From Antedon mediterranea (lineage: Eukaryota > Animalia > Echinodermata): a stretch of DNA of 64,000 nt. A model generated the notes under the pieces. That model searched no databases, was not told the origin of the DNA, and was given only the letters and a program-made list of their open reading frames with translations. Positions 25,679 to 37,900 of this stretch are shown one piece after another (the stretch's first letter is position 1; each line of letters starts with the position of its first letter). The DNA lies in contig NC_092674.1 in the NCBI RefSeq assembly GCF_964355755.1, positions 24,428,001-24,492,000 on the forward strand, read 5' to 3'. The position numbers were made by a program, and so were the translations under genes.

Positions 25679-26843
25679 TCTTTGTAGCATATCATTTATT
25701 CCGTTTTCGCTAAATTTGCTGGATTGACTTCTATATTAGGAAAACACTGATCTAGGCTTACAAATGTTATGACTCACCTGAATTGGACTATTAATGATAC
25801 CATGACACCTGTAAATACTTGCCTTCCCCTATTCCATCCTCCAAAAAAAAAAACTTGTCATGTAAAAGAGAATACACCACTTACCCTGAAGTTAAGAAGA
25901 CCGGGTACGCCGTAGGGAGTTGTTCTCAAGTTGCTATAAAAATTATAAATTTACACACGGAAATAATGTCTTAGTTTTAAAGGTATGGTATGAGACTATC
26001 GAAAATAATAATTAGCATAAAATGGTCTATTAAAACATTAAGTCGTCTGTTGCGATACTGTATCTCTTTCTATCTTAAAGTTTCCATTAATCGTTTACAT
26101 TGTCTGGTCTGGTTAAAAATAACTTTGCAACTACAGATAGCGCGCTATGTTATATTTCGTCCCATGTTGAAGAAACCGATAACTCGAGATTCAAGCAAGA
26201 GTTTGCGAAGTTGCTCAAATATTGTTCCTGCATGTGGGAACAATGATTGAAAAAGCTGGTTTCCTTGCACTGTAAATTTTATATTGCAATAATACATACA
26301 TTGTTCCGGTAATGGAGTGGATTTCTTTTCATAAATTGTTTGTTCTAAAATTGCAGAGAACAACAGAGGGCGTGGTATTTATATTTTGCCCATAGCAAAG
26401 ATACAGGTAACTCGAGGTATTTCTGACGCCATAAATATATCGATTTTCAATCACAAACACAGATACAAAAGCAATAACTCAGATTTTGCATTTTAATATA
26501 ATATTCATTTATAACAATCCTGTGATTCTTGTTCGATGTGAAAAGATTGTAGGAAAAAGCAGTTTGCACACATAAATATATTACAAATTATACAAATATG
26601 AGAAAATCTTTGTGTAGTGCTTGTTGCTCTTACTGGTATTGGTATAATACATTTTGATAATATCATTCTGAAAAATTAGAGTAACAAAGATAATTCAACA
26701 ATTTGATTGTTTAAACATAACATTTAACTAATTGCATTAATTTTATTTTCGCAGTAAACATAATATTGTATTGACTAAACAACTTACAATCACATTAGTT
26801 TACAGTAACTTGTAATTTTGAACAGGTGTCATTTTAATCTCAT

Positions 26844-29800
26844 TCACTTTTTTTGCGAATAGGTTGTGTATTTTAAGTCCTCTTGGCTCTTTGAAAATTG
26901 TAGACTTTGGATCTTCGGTCCCTTAATATTGGTGGAGATAGATAGTGTAGGTTCACTACCAGAAGCCTTCTGAGGCGGCCCAAGAAGTTTCGATACGTTT
27001 GGCATGTTGTGGTGGTCGCTTGGATGATGTAGGTCTATTAAGGCTACGGAGGTACAAAGATCCAATACATCGACGGAGATTTTCGAAAGAGGAGGTTCTA
27101 TGATAGAAGGCGGTCCATGAACTTTTGGGGTGTTCTGGTCGTTATTTGGACGCTGCAAGGAGCTGAAGTATTCAATTTTGGTTGAGATTTTTGATAGAGT
27201 AGGTTCACCGTCAGAAGGCGCTTCAAGAAGTTTCGAAACCGTTGAGGTGTTGTTGTCATCGTTTGGATGTATTGAAGGTACCGACATACAACGATTCAAA
27301 ACGTTTGTGGAGATGCTTGGTGGAGAAGGTTCACTTTCAGAATGCTCTCCAAGATGTCGCGACACTTTTTGAACGTTATGGTATTTCACGCTATTGCAAG
27401 CTTTCTCGTAAAGGGCGTATACCGAACTGCAATCTACAAAAATTAAAACAAACTACAAAAAATTACGTTTTGTAGAAACATGGTTATAAACATAAAACAT
27501 GCCCTGTTTAATAACTATAGCAGCAACAAACAAGCGACTGTACTTGTATACCGTTCTTGTTCTTGAGACAACCGTTTTTATCACCAATTAGTCGCCAAAT
27601 CACTCCAACAAAATAGCCAAAAAATGTATTATGCTTACCTGACATGGGTTCAATTATTACAGGAACTTCATATTCATCTTCGATGATCTGATTTGAGCTT
27701 GTTGACATATCTTGATAATCTGAATCATCTGCTTCAGTAACAACATTTTGAAGTTGGCGTACCTTTGAAGAAATCGGTGACATGGTTTGATATCGATCAC
27801 GGTCTACGTCAATAGAAGGTGATGACGTAATTGGTAATTCTTTGTCGACTGGATCGTGTGAACTGACGTCCAACTGAACATTCATTTCTGCTATATCTTG
27901 ATATATGTCATCATCATCTATTATTCGTATGTATCTATCATCTTTCGAGTAAAGAGGAACTTCAATAATATACAACAAACACTTCATATGAAGGTGAAGG
28001 TATTCAAATCTGAACATAGGGTAATAAGCTGTTAGGAGCTCATTTTACTAAGCCTCGGCATTGGTAGGGTGGCCAGTTCCTTTCCATCGTACGCCGCCTT
28101 ATCCTCCCTAGAGTGTTTTTAACCAGGTACGCATTTACAGCTAGCTGAGTAGAGAAATTGAACCCAGCTCTCTCTGTATGCCCTAACCACTGGACTACCC
28201 AACTCCTTAAACGTTATATACAGCCTCAATAATATACTTGATAAAAAAGGTCTTATTCTCTATATAGAGTTCATTACCCTTCCAGGATTTAAACTATATT
28301 TAACTGAAATATATATGGTGAGTTTGTAGTAACAGACTGTTTATTTATTGTGTTATTAGTACTTTCTAATATGGATGTGATGTTTACCGTTTGTCGTAGT
28401 ATTACCTGTGGTTCCATAGATACTTGATGCATTGGTATTGCCTTGTTTTGTGTCTGAAGTTGATTTCCCGTATTTTGCAATCTTTGACAAGCGGGAACCC
28501 CATTTGCTAGTAGGAATAGCGGGTAAACTCCGGAAAAAATCCGTTTTCTTCGATTTTTCTGTAAAATGAGAAAAGTTAAGTCTCCACTGGCATACTTCCG
28601 AGTTTGTAAAAAAAGTTTCCAAAGTTTGCTATTATAGTGTAGGACAGTTGACAAACTTCGGAAACTTCAGAAAACAAGGTTGCATAAGTCATAAGTCTAC
28701 ACTACTTAAACTTCAGCACGCTGCAGATTTGTAAACAAAATTGTGGGTGTATAAACTATACTTAGAGATTATTTTCATTTTAATCGATACAAATGTGATT
28801 AGAAGTTCCGTTTCAGATTTCTGATTTACCTTGTGTTGGACTTTCTGACCGTACTTGAGAAATTAAACTCAACTTCAGCTTCTGTAAAACATTTCTAACA
28901 ACAGCTTGACTTTCTGTAAACAATTTACATCGAATGAAAACATTAGTAAATACAAATTTAGTAAATTATATCGGTCATATAGTCAGGACAGATGGCTTGG
29001 ATAACCTATCATTGACTGAAAAGATAGAAGGAAAGAGGAGCAGGGGTAGAAGTGATTTGGATGACAAGTGTAATTGAGTGGTTAACAGAAAAATGTGTAA
29101 AACATCAAGTTAGCGAAATATCGTTGATTAATAATAGGGAGCTTTCGATTGGTTAGATCCAAAATACGTGATGTTAAATCATTATGCGCAGGCGGGAAGA
29201 TTAAGACATTTCCCAGAAGCCACTCACCGTTATATTTGCAGCTACTTTGGCCAACATCTCCATAGTCACTAACACTCTCCAACTTGTCGCCAGACAAAGT
29301 TATCGATTGATATATTGAGGTATCAGCATCTGCAATATCGTCATTACTATTACTTTCAAGATCACTCGCCTGATCTTTGTAAATGGGATTAGTCGGTTCG
29401 TTATCCTCTAAAAAAAAAAGATTTCATCATCATTATAATTATCTAAAAAATTAAAAAAGGTTACCTTTTAAAAATTGTTTAGCAGGGTTTATTGTGTTTG
29501 TTTTTTTATGAAAACCCAAAACAATACCAAATCCTCAATTCACTGAACGTACTGATCAAAGGGTTTATCTGTTACACGATAGGTTTAGAAAAAGAAATTT
29601 ACATATAGTACAGTACTGTTGGTATTTGTCGCAGCAAGATAATAAGATCAAAGTACTGTTAAATTTTCATATCTTGGCAAGGCGATAACAGTGTTCTATT
29701 GTTAGATTGCCTTGATCTAACTGATCAATAATATTTATGTCTACCTGTAGTTTGGCAGATATTAGATTCAGTGACATTGTACAATGACGTTTCTGATGTT

Positions 29801-29931
29801 GAAGTATTTATCTGCATTGAATTCGAACGTCTGATCGTTGGTGGAAGAGATGGTAAACTCCGGAAAGAATCAGATTTCTTCAATTTTTCTGCAATTAAAA
29901 GTGATTGTGTTTTGAATGTTTATTCCAATTC

Positions 29932-29964
<33 letters not shown>

Positions 29965-32110
29965 CATCATTTTATTAGGCTAAACGGAAATTAATTTCCA
30001 TTAGTTCAATAACAATTATAAAATGTAATTGAATACAACAACAAAATTACCGTCTGTAAAAGTCAATGTGTCTGGGTTGTCATTCATATTCAATGCAATT
30101 TGTGATTGGGCCTTAAATATCAGTTGACTGTCAGTTGAGCATTTTAACCAACAATCGCTGTTTGCCACCAATGCCTCTTTTACCATTTTAGCCTAAGTAA
30201 ATAATTGTAAGAATATTATTTTTTTCATTTTCAGAACACTGTCAGACCATTTGCTGTCTGACTGCTAACGTAGCGGTACGCATTATTTTTTTCATATTAG
30301 GTTAAGGAAGAAACTATAGAGGGCGTGACCATGCATGTTTGTTCTGTCTCCGCGCCCGCAATAGACATTCACTTTCTCTGCATACGTTTTGGTTTCGGTA
30401 TTTGTGAATGGAAGTTTGATATATTTTAATACTTACTTTTTCCTTTTCGAAACGAACTATTTCTGTTTCCAGTAGATCGTTAATTTCATACAGTTCCTCA
30501 AGTCCCTGTAAAAGTATTAAAATAGTATCAATGACCGGAGTAATTATACATTAAGGCCTAAAAGCTAAAGTATACCGTATAATCCATGAAATGAAATATA
30601 ATGTTATTGTTCTCCACCAGCATGGTTTAATAATACCTTGTGTAGCTCAAATTTAAATTTGTCATTGAATTCAGACCATTTGACACCGACTCGTTTCATT
30701 GTGCTAATCTAGAAAAGATAAATTGCGTCTTTTAATTATTAATTCGTAAATAGTTTGGTTATGGCTTGAAACTTCTTTATATGAAAGCAAATTATTGTTA
30801 ACTTTGCTGCTGTGTTTATTATAATCTTATTTTTTTTACAAAAAAAAAAAACAATTTAGATACAGTAGAGCCCTAATAACGGTTCTGATTGGTCAACTCG
30901 CCTGAGTTGCGTCACGTTGTTGCGTTGCGTCTCTATAGTGGGAACCACGCTTCTATGGAAGAAGAAGCTGTAGGCCTATAATACTTACCTTCGTTCGAAT
31001 TCTAGCTATATCCGTTTGTTTGTCTTTCTTTTTCTTTCTCAGCACATCAATACACTCGTGTTTCATTTTAATGATCTTAAAAGTCTTTCTGAATTCGTTG
31101 CACTAGCGTATGAAAAAAAAACAACTAATTTATTAGTTATCAACTACATTAAATACTTCTTACATGTCTTCTAAAACATACTCAAAGGACGATGATTGAC
31201 GATAGATAAATATACGTTTTTCTTACAAAAAACAAAAGGAAATTATAGGTCTAGGAATAGGATAACGATAATGATCGACGATAAATAAGCATAATTTCTC
31301 TTAAACGTTTTCACCCTAAAACTAAGATAACCATGCTCTCTTTGATAATAAAACAAAACAATCCAAATGACGTCATAAGCAATAAGAACATTATAATCAT
31401 TGTATAATCACGATATTATTGCTATTACTATCATCATGACGTAATGTGATTGAACGTGTTAAAATAATTATTTTTTTCAAAGGCAGCATAAATAATTATC
31501 CTATATTAGTATGAACACTTTTCAAATTTGTATTATGTAATCAATATCATATATACTAGTTATCGTCGATCGTTATTGTTCTAGTATAAAATTGTTCACT
31601 GTGTATTTTTTATGGAGTAGACGATTGACATTACCTGTTTTAGTACATCCTGTAGTAGGAAGCAGCCTGCTTCGTCTAAGTTAAACCAGTTGGTGAAAAC
31701 GCCATGAAATGTTTGGTTACTCTCTCCTTGTGACCATTCCAACAGTGCTCTTGATACTAAATAAATAATATAAGATTGTTTATTTATTATTTTAAAACAA
31801 ACTTTTCTATGATTTTATGATTTTTAAGTTACCATTTTTGTGTTAACTCGGTTGCATGGTTTTCACAAGTTTAAATAAGGGTCGCTGACCGATGACATAA
31901 ATCTTACGAAACTGCAAAATACGTACAGGACATTTAGAAAGAAACTTTAAGCAAACATTTTTAATTCTTACAATTTTTGATATTGGTTATTAGTTGTCCT
32001 ATGGAATCCATAAGTGTGTTTTGGTAAAACAAAACATCGTTTATGATAGGTAATCCAGCCATCTTCTTCAACCTATGGACATCTCTACTTCCAATTGTCC
32101 TATTCGCCAT
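26844..32110 (-). CDS. Paralog C: BAR-like domain plus ITAM/YxxM/duplicated SH3-ligand tail, 12 exons, ~715 aa
   Basis: Exons: 32110-31972, 31756-31635, 31102-30989, 30708-30637, 30505-30437, 30192-30051, 29888-29745, 29407-29228, 28913-28830, 28558-28388, 27959-27639, 27433-26844. All GT-AG, 2148 nt, open. Contains EIVRFEKEKAKMVKEAL. Confidence 0.8.
28970..29052 (+). mobile_element. RTE-clade LINE 3' fragment
   Basis: Translates to YIGHIVRTDGLDNLSLTEKIEGKRSRGR, typical of the RTE ORF C-terminus. Confidence 0.55.
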
Positions 32111-34365
32111 GTTAGTTTATTTTCTGGAAACACAATATATTACAAAATTGAAAGCAAAAATGTTCAAACTTTGATAATTTGTTTGTAATCTGTTGTGTTT
32201 ATTAAAAAAATGATGGATTCAATCAAAAGTTTGTTTTAACAAAATAAAAAGCTTAATAACGTATTAATATGAAATAAAAAACAATATTTCGAAACTGAAA
32301 CTAAAAATTAAACTCTGAAAAGTGAATGAATCTCAAAGAAAAAACCCCAGTATTATTGCTAGTTGCTATTTATTCAGCAATTTGCACAATGAAGGTTTCA
32401 AGTGATAGCAATCCTTTGATAAATCCTGTATCTCTAATAATAGCTATAATTTAAAATGCAGATAAATATATTGTTTATACATAACACAGTCATCTTCAGT
32501 TTCAGTTTCTTCAGTTTCAGTTTATTTTCCATTTCAATTTATGAACATAAGAACAACTTATATGGATGGATAACCGTAAGAGCGAAGCTCGTTAGCCGGT
32601 CACCCGTTAGTGCAGTGACATTACAGACAACATAAAGACAAGACAAAGGTGCAATACATAACAAGACATGTGGACACTTGTGTTTGCAACCTCTTGGATA
32701 AAATAATATATTTATATAAAGGAGAAAATTAGATCTTTGAATGCCATTTTTTCAAAATAATATTTAAAATATTATGCAATAACTACAAGTGAAATTAGTT
32801 CAAATTAATGTTAACACATTATGAGGCTATTTTAGCTTAGAGCATCATATTATAATAATTTATTAAAAAATTAATTTAAGAAAACGAGATGTCCTGAAAG
32901 GAAATGTGTCGTTAGTAAATTTGCCTACACTATAAAATTAGTTTGTCAAAAAAAGTGTGATGTTCCCAAATATGGTAGTGATGACATCATTGTGTTTATA
33001 TGGGCACATCACATATTTTTTTCGTCACATAAAGTTTAATAGTGTAGACAGAGCTTTGCTGTTATATTTTCTATAAATGTTGTATAATGTAGTAGTCTAC
33101 AATAATTCTAAACATGGCTGTTAAGTTTAGATAAGGATGATTATATTTACGCAGTCACTATTCAAGATTTTGACATTCTTTGCCCTTTTTAGAGGGGAAA
33201 CATTTTTTTTTTCAGATGTTTTGCTTTGTTTTGATTTATTCTTTTGATGTGTGAAGTTATTTTAATCAAAGTAGATATAAAATAATTGATTATTTGTCGT
33301 GTCTATTTCAGATAAACTTTAACTTAATCATGTATTCATTATGATACATACACTTATTTGAGAATTTACTTCCTCGTTCAATAGAAATGTAGGCCTAACT
33401 TGTTTGGTGTTTTAAAGGCCAATATTGAAGCTTGCTTATGCATACTGTGAGACGGTTAAATGTGCCACAAAAGTACCTGTTTATTCTCCCGCCCCCTTAT
33501 TAAGTTCACAAAAACAAAAATTTTAAAAATTAATGTTAAAAAGATACTCTACTTACATAGACTTGGTACGGTTATTTCCAGTTTGCCATTAAAATAAATA
33601 TTACTGTTGGATATAAACTTTCGTTAGTTTCGAACATCTCAAAATGAATCATTGAAACTTATTGCAGAAAACCAAAACCAGAAACAAACGCAAAGAAGCG
33701 GTGTCAGTCATTACGAGTATCGGTAATTGTTATTAATTGATGTCATTAATATAGCAGTATGTATGCATTTGTTTTACTTTACATGGACATGCTTTATTAC
33801 GCACAACTAACGAATAAAAACTCTGTTTATTTTATTTTTCTTATTGTTTTATTTTTTGTGTGATTTTGTTTTTGTACCCGATTTAAAAAGAACCTTTTCA
33901 TCAATGGGGTAGGTAGGTAGGGCGTTCAAATTAACCATTTTTCTGTAATTTACCATTTCAAGAGAAATTCATTCGTCATTTTAGTCAAACATTTTCAATT
34001 TATATATATATATAAACACCACAGGCACAGAACAATTCTAAACCACCGGGTGATATACTGAAAATGTATTAATTAATTTGAATCGTTATGATGAGGAAAT
34101 CTGTTTTTTTTTTTATTTCATACACATTTTTACCAAATGTTATATCTAAAATGCGTTCCAATCCTGTAAATCATTTTTTGTTATTATCTTCTATAAGACG
34201 AAACATAGGCTAAGAATTAAAATACATAGTGCAAACACTTTGAAAGTTATATCAATCAGTTAAAAATAACATTAATTTTTATTTCCTTCTTTAGAAAAAT
34301 ACAGCAATTTATGATGAATTAAAACTATAAACGCTACACAATGACGTAATACAACTTAAGTGAAT

Positions 34366-34493
34366 CAACCAATCACAAACGATGGATTATTCTGTCTGTC
34401 GCTGTTGCTTGTCATTGGTTAACACGCTTGCGTTACGTTTACGTCCTTGCGTTACGATTACGTCCTTGCGTTACGTTCTAGTGGGAACCAAGC
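34366..34493. mobile_element. MITE family 1 copy (partial)
   Basis: Right end CTAGTGGGAACCAAGCTT and the internal ACCAAT/ATTGGT palindrome are present. Confidence 0.7.
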
Positions 34494-34943
34494 TTTAGAA
34501 CTGTTTGTTATGTCCCTGCGTTGCGACTCTAGGGGGCCAATCTTTTGTTTGATACGAAAACCTATATTATTCGACACATTGTCATTCAATAATAAAACAA
34601 ATTCAAAAAAATCTTAAAAAGTTCAAACCTGTTTGAAATTTTGTATAGACTTTTAATTAATTACAGTACAATAAATATTAATTATATGCAAAAAAACATC
34701 GAAGACAAAATATATATATATCGGCAATTGTAATTGATATCATTAATAATAATATGAACAATATTACACTAAATATTATTTTCATATTTATAGTTATATG
34801 ATTGTATTTTTAATTTATATTACAACTTTTAAAACTAAAATCGAGGCAAAGACATTTTATATATGGCATTTTTCGTTTTAAAATTCTCTACAAAAATATT
34901 CCTATGTTTATATACAGTAACACTAATGTGCTGAAGAAACTCC

Positions 34944-37900
34944 TTAATGCTTTGGTGGCAATTCTGGTGGTGGTACGGGTGGTGGTAAAGTCGGTGGTGC
35001 TCTTCTTGGTCGTGGCCGTGGTTGTGGTTTAGGAGATACTACAAAAAGCAAAAACAAATGTAATGAAAATAATTGTGTATTCTCATATGAATATTAAAAG
35101 GAAACAACATTACAAAATAAAGACCCAACTAAATCATACCCACATGAGGTAATTTAAGCTCTCAAAAATAAATTAAGTTTATCTTGTACTTTTGTATCAC
35201 TTTTTAAAAGCAAGATCAAATGCTTTCACATGTTTAAATTTTCTAAACTCTTTCAATTGATGTGTATTTCAACTATCATTAACCATCACAAGCCAACCAT
35301 AGTCATCACTAATTATCTGATACTCATACCTTTCTGAGAGTCGGGTACATCTGGTGGATTAAACAATTGTAGTTTTCTGGCTAGATTAGGCGAGGTTTTC
35401 TTTTGTGGAACTGGTGGAGGCACAAAGACGTTTGCACTTCCACTATATTCATCAGGTACGGTTAATGGGATTGTTGTTTCCAAAGAACTTTTCTTAGGTG
35501 GCCTGGGAGGAGGCAGAGAAGGATTTAAATCTTCATATATCAAGTCACTATCTCGCATATCTTCACCAGGTCCATCTGCCATGACAGCGAGATACGATGT
35601 ATCATCAGAAAAGTCGAACTCTGTCTCTGTATCAGCTGATGGGTAAGATATATCTGTAGACAATCTCTGTTTTCCTATGTCTTGTAAAAACCCAGAAGGG
35701 TATTTTGGCTGGTCGAATCGTGGACTTGTACTCGGTGGTGGTTTGGTTGGAGGTTTCATAGCAGGTGAAAATCTTGGTTTTTCCATTCGTGAACTTGTAA
35801 TTGGTGATGCTTTGGTTGGAATTTTAATACCAGGTGGATATCTAGGCTGGTCCATGTCTTGCACCAAGAATGTATACTGACTGCCACCTGTAAAATGTAA
35901 ATATAGTGAGCTGAATTGGCTATTTTAAAGAGATTTATCATTTATTTTTTTAAGGCTCTATTATTAAAGACAATTTTATTTTATCTGTTATTACCATTTC
36001 CATTGTGAATTTCTGGTACCACATAATTCTCTTCATCGAGGTTGTCATTGTTCAATACTGTATATTCATCATCATCACTTGGATCGTCGTCAAATTCATC
36101 TTCATCTAGTTCTTCTGGTGGAACTTGAGGAAGCGGTCTTGAAATACTGGTTGAAGGCTCTTCCACAAGACACTCTGGCAGAGTAAAACTTTCTTTTAAT
36201 AATCATTCTTGAATTGGCTGCTAATTTTGTATGAATATACCAAAATGAGGTAAAGATATTTATTAATTGTCCTCAAATTTAACTACAAATTGAGGAAATT
36301 TATATTAGGCCTACTGACAGCAGTTGCGAGACAGTGTGCAGATCTGGGTTATTTTTGCAAAGTTTAGTTAGCTTACTGTTGCTTTAGTTTATCAATTTTT
36401 TTTATGATAATATTTAATATTAAAGCATACCTTTTGAGGTTTTATGAGAGAACTTTGGCAATTTTGTTCCAAAAGAGCTGAATATACTAGATTTGTGGTG
36501 GTCTTCTGTGTGATGTTGTAGGAAATCTGCAGATGTTTTTCGGGGCTGTGGTGAAATTTCTGCTTTTGTTTCCCGTTCTTGGAATGGTCTGCTGCTTTTG
36601 GTTGACTCTGCTGGCTTTGGTTGTTGTTCAGGCTTTTGTAAATTTAGTTTATGGAATGTTTTACGAACCAACATTTCATTTGCTGAAAAAAAAAATGCAA
36701 AAAAAAACTTTTACGGTCTGTTTCTGCTGCATAGTGCCGAATAAACTGTTTAACACCCCTGTCATTTGTCAATCAAATAAACCGATATTTTGGGTTTCAG
36801 CTAAAAGTTGCACCGCCTGCTATAACCGGTTAAATGGTGTTCTAACACCAATCAATTAGGTGTTTTAAATCATTATTTTTAGGCTGCCATTTAACCGGTT
36901 ATTGAAAATTTGTCCTGTTGCTGTTATTCACCGTTATTAACCAGTTATATTTCGCAACAGACTAAACAGGACCTTAGTATTAGTACAGTAAACCACAAGC
37001 CCATTCTTGTCTCACAATGCCAGATTTTGGGTTCAGTCTTGGCTCACTCATGATTAAAGTTCCTACTTCTCAATGGGATTCAGTTGAGAAGCGCATGCTT
37101 TAAATTCTCATCTTCTGAGATATGTTTAGAATTTTCAAATATTCATTTGTAAGATTTTTGTACTAAATCAGGTATTAAACTAAATGTTGTTCTTAGAAGT
37201 ATTGGTATAAATATTAACCATCAGTGACTTGATCTTCAAATATGACTGGCTTTGATGGCATTTCCTCTGCTATTTGAGACTGAGCTGTAAATATTTCCGA
37301 AGAGGTCTGAGCAAAGGTTAACCAGCCTTTGCTGTACACTTCTAGAGCATTCTTAATTGTTCTCGCCTAAGAAAAAATAACATTACACTTGTTCAGTAGT
37401 ATTAACAAGAGTTTGGCTCAATTTACTCTCCTTTCTCTTGCCTAGACCAATGTTACCATACAGTAAACTACAGCTAAAATTGTCTACTATAGGAGAGGGT
37501 TTATTATATATATATAGTCTATCTGTACATATTATAATAGATGGTACTGCCTTTATACTAATAGTTTTTATACTGTACAGTATTTTCCTCAATTTTACAT
37601 ACAGTACTTTACATAGAGTACCGCAAACTTATTACGTTAGGCCAGCTAGTGTTTTTTTACCAAATAATTTAATAAATAGTTTATTTCAATGATAGTAAAA
37701 CCTACCTTTGTCTTTTCAAACTCCTCTACAAATGCATTGAGCTCTTCAGCCATTCTTTTATCTTCTTGTTCAGCCTGCAATAATGGGAAAAATTTAAGAG
37801 TTTTCCATTTATACCCTATTTACACTATCACCGTAACAGCGGTGTAACCCCGCAGTTGTTAGTACACCGGGCCGTTAAACGCCGGTGTTGTGGTTTATAT

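Noticed and set aside
25885-25933. Small AG...GT-bounded segment as an extra coding exon of paralog C
   Set aside because: Paralog C already has an in-frame stop at 26844. The position matches the putative 5'UTR exons seen upstream of the other copies.
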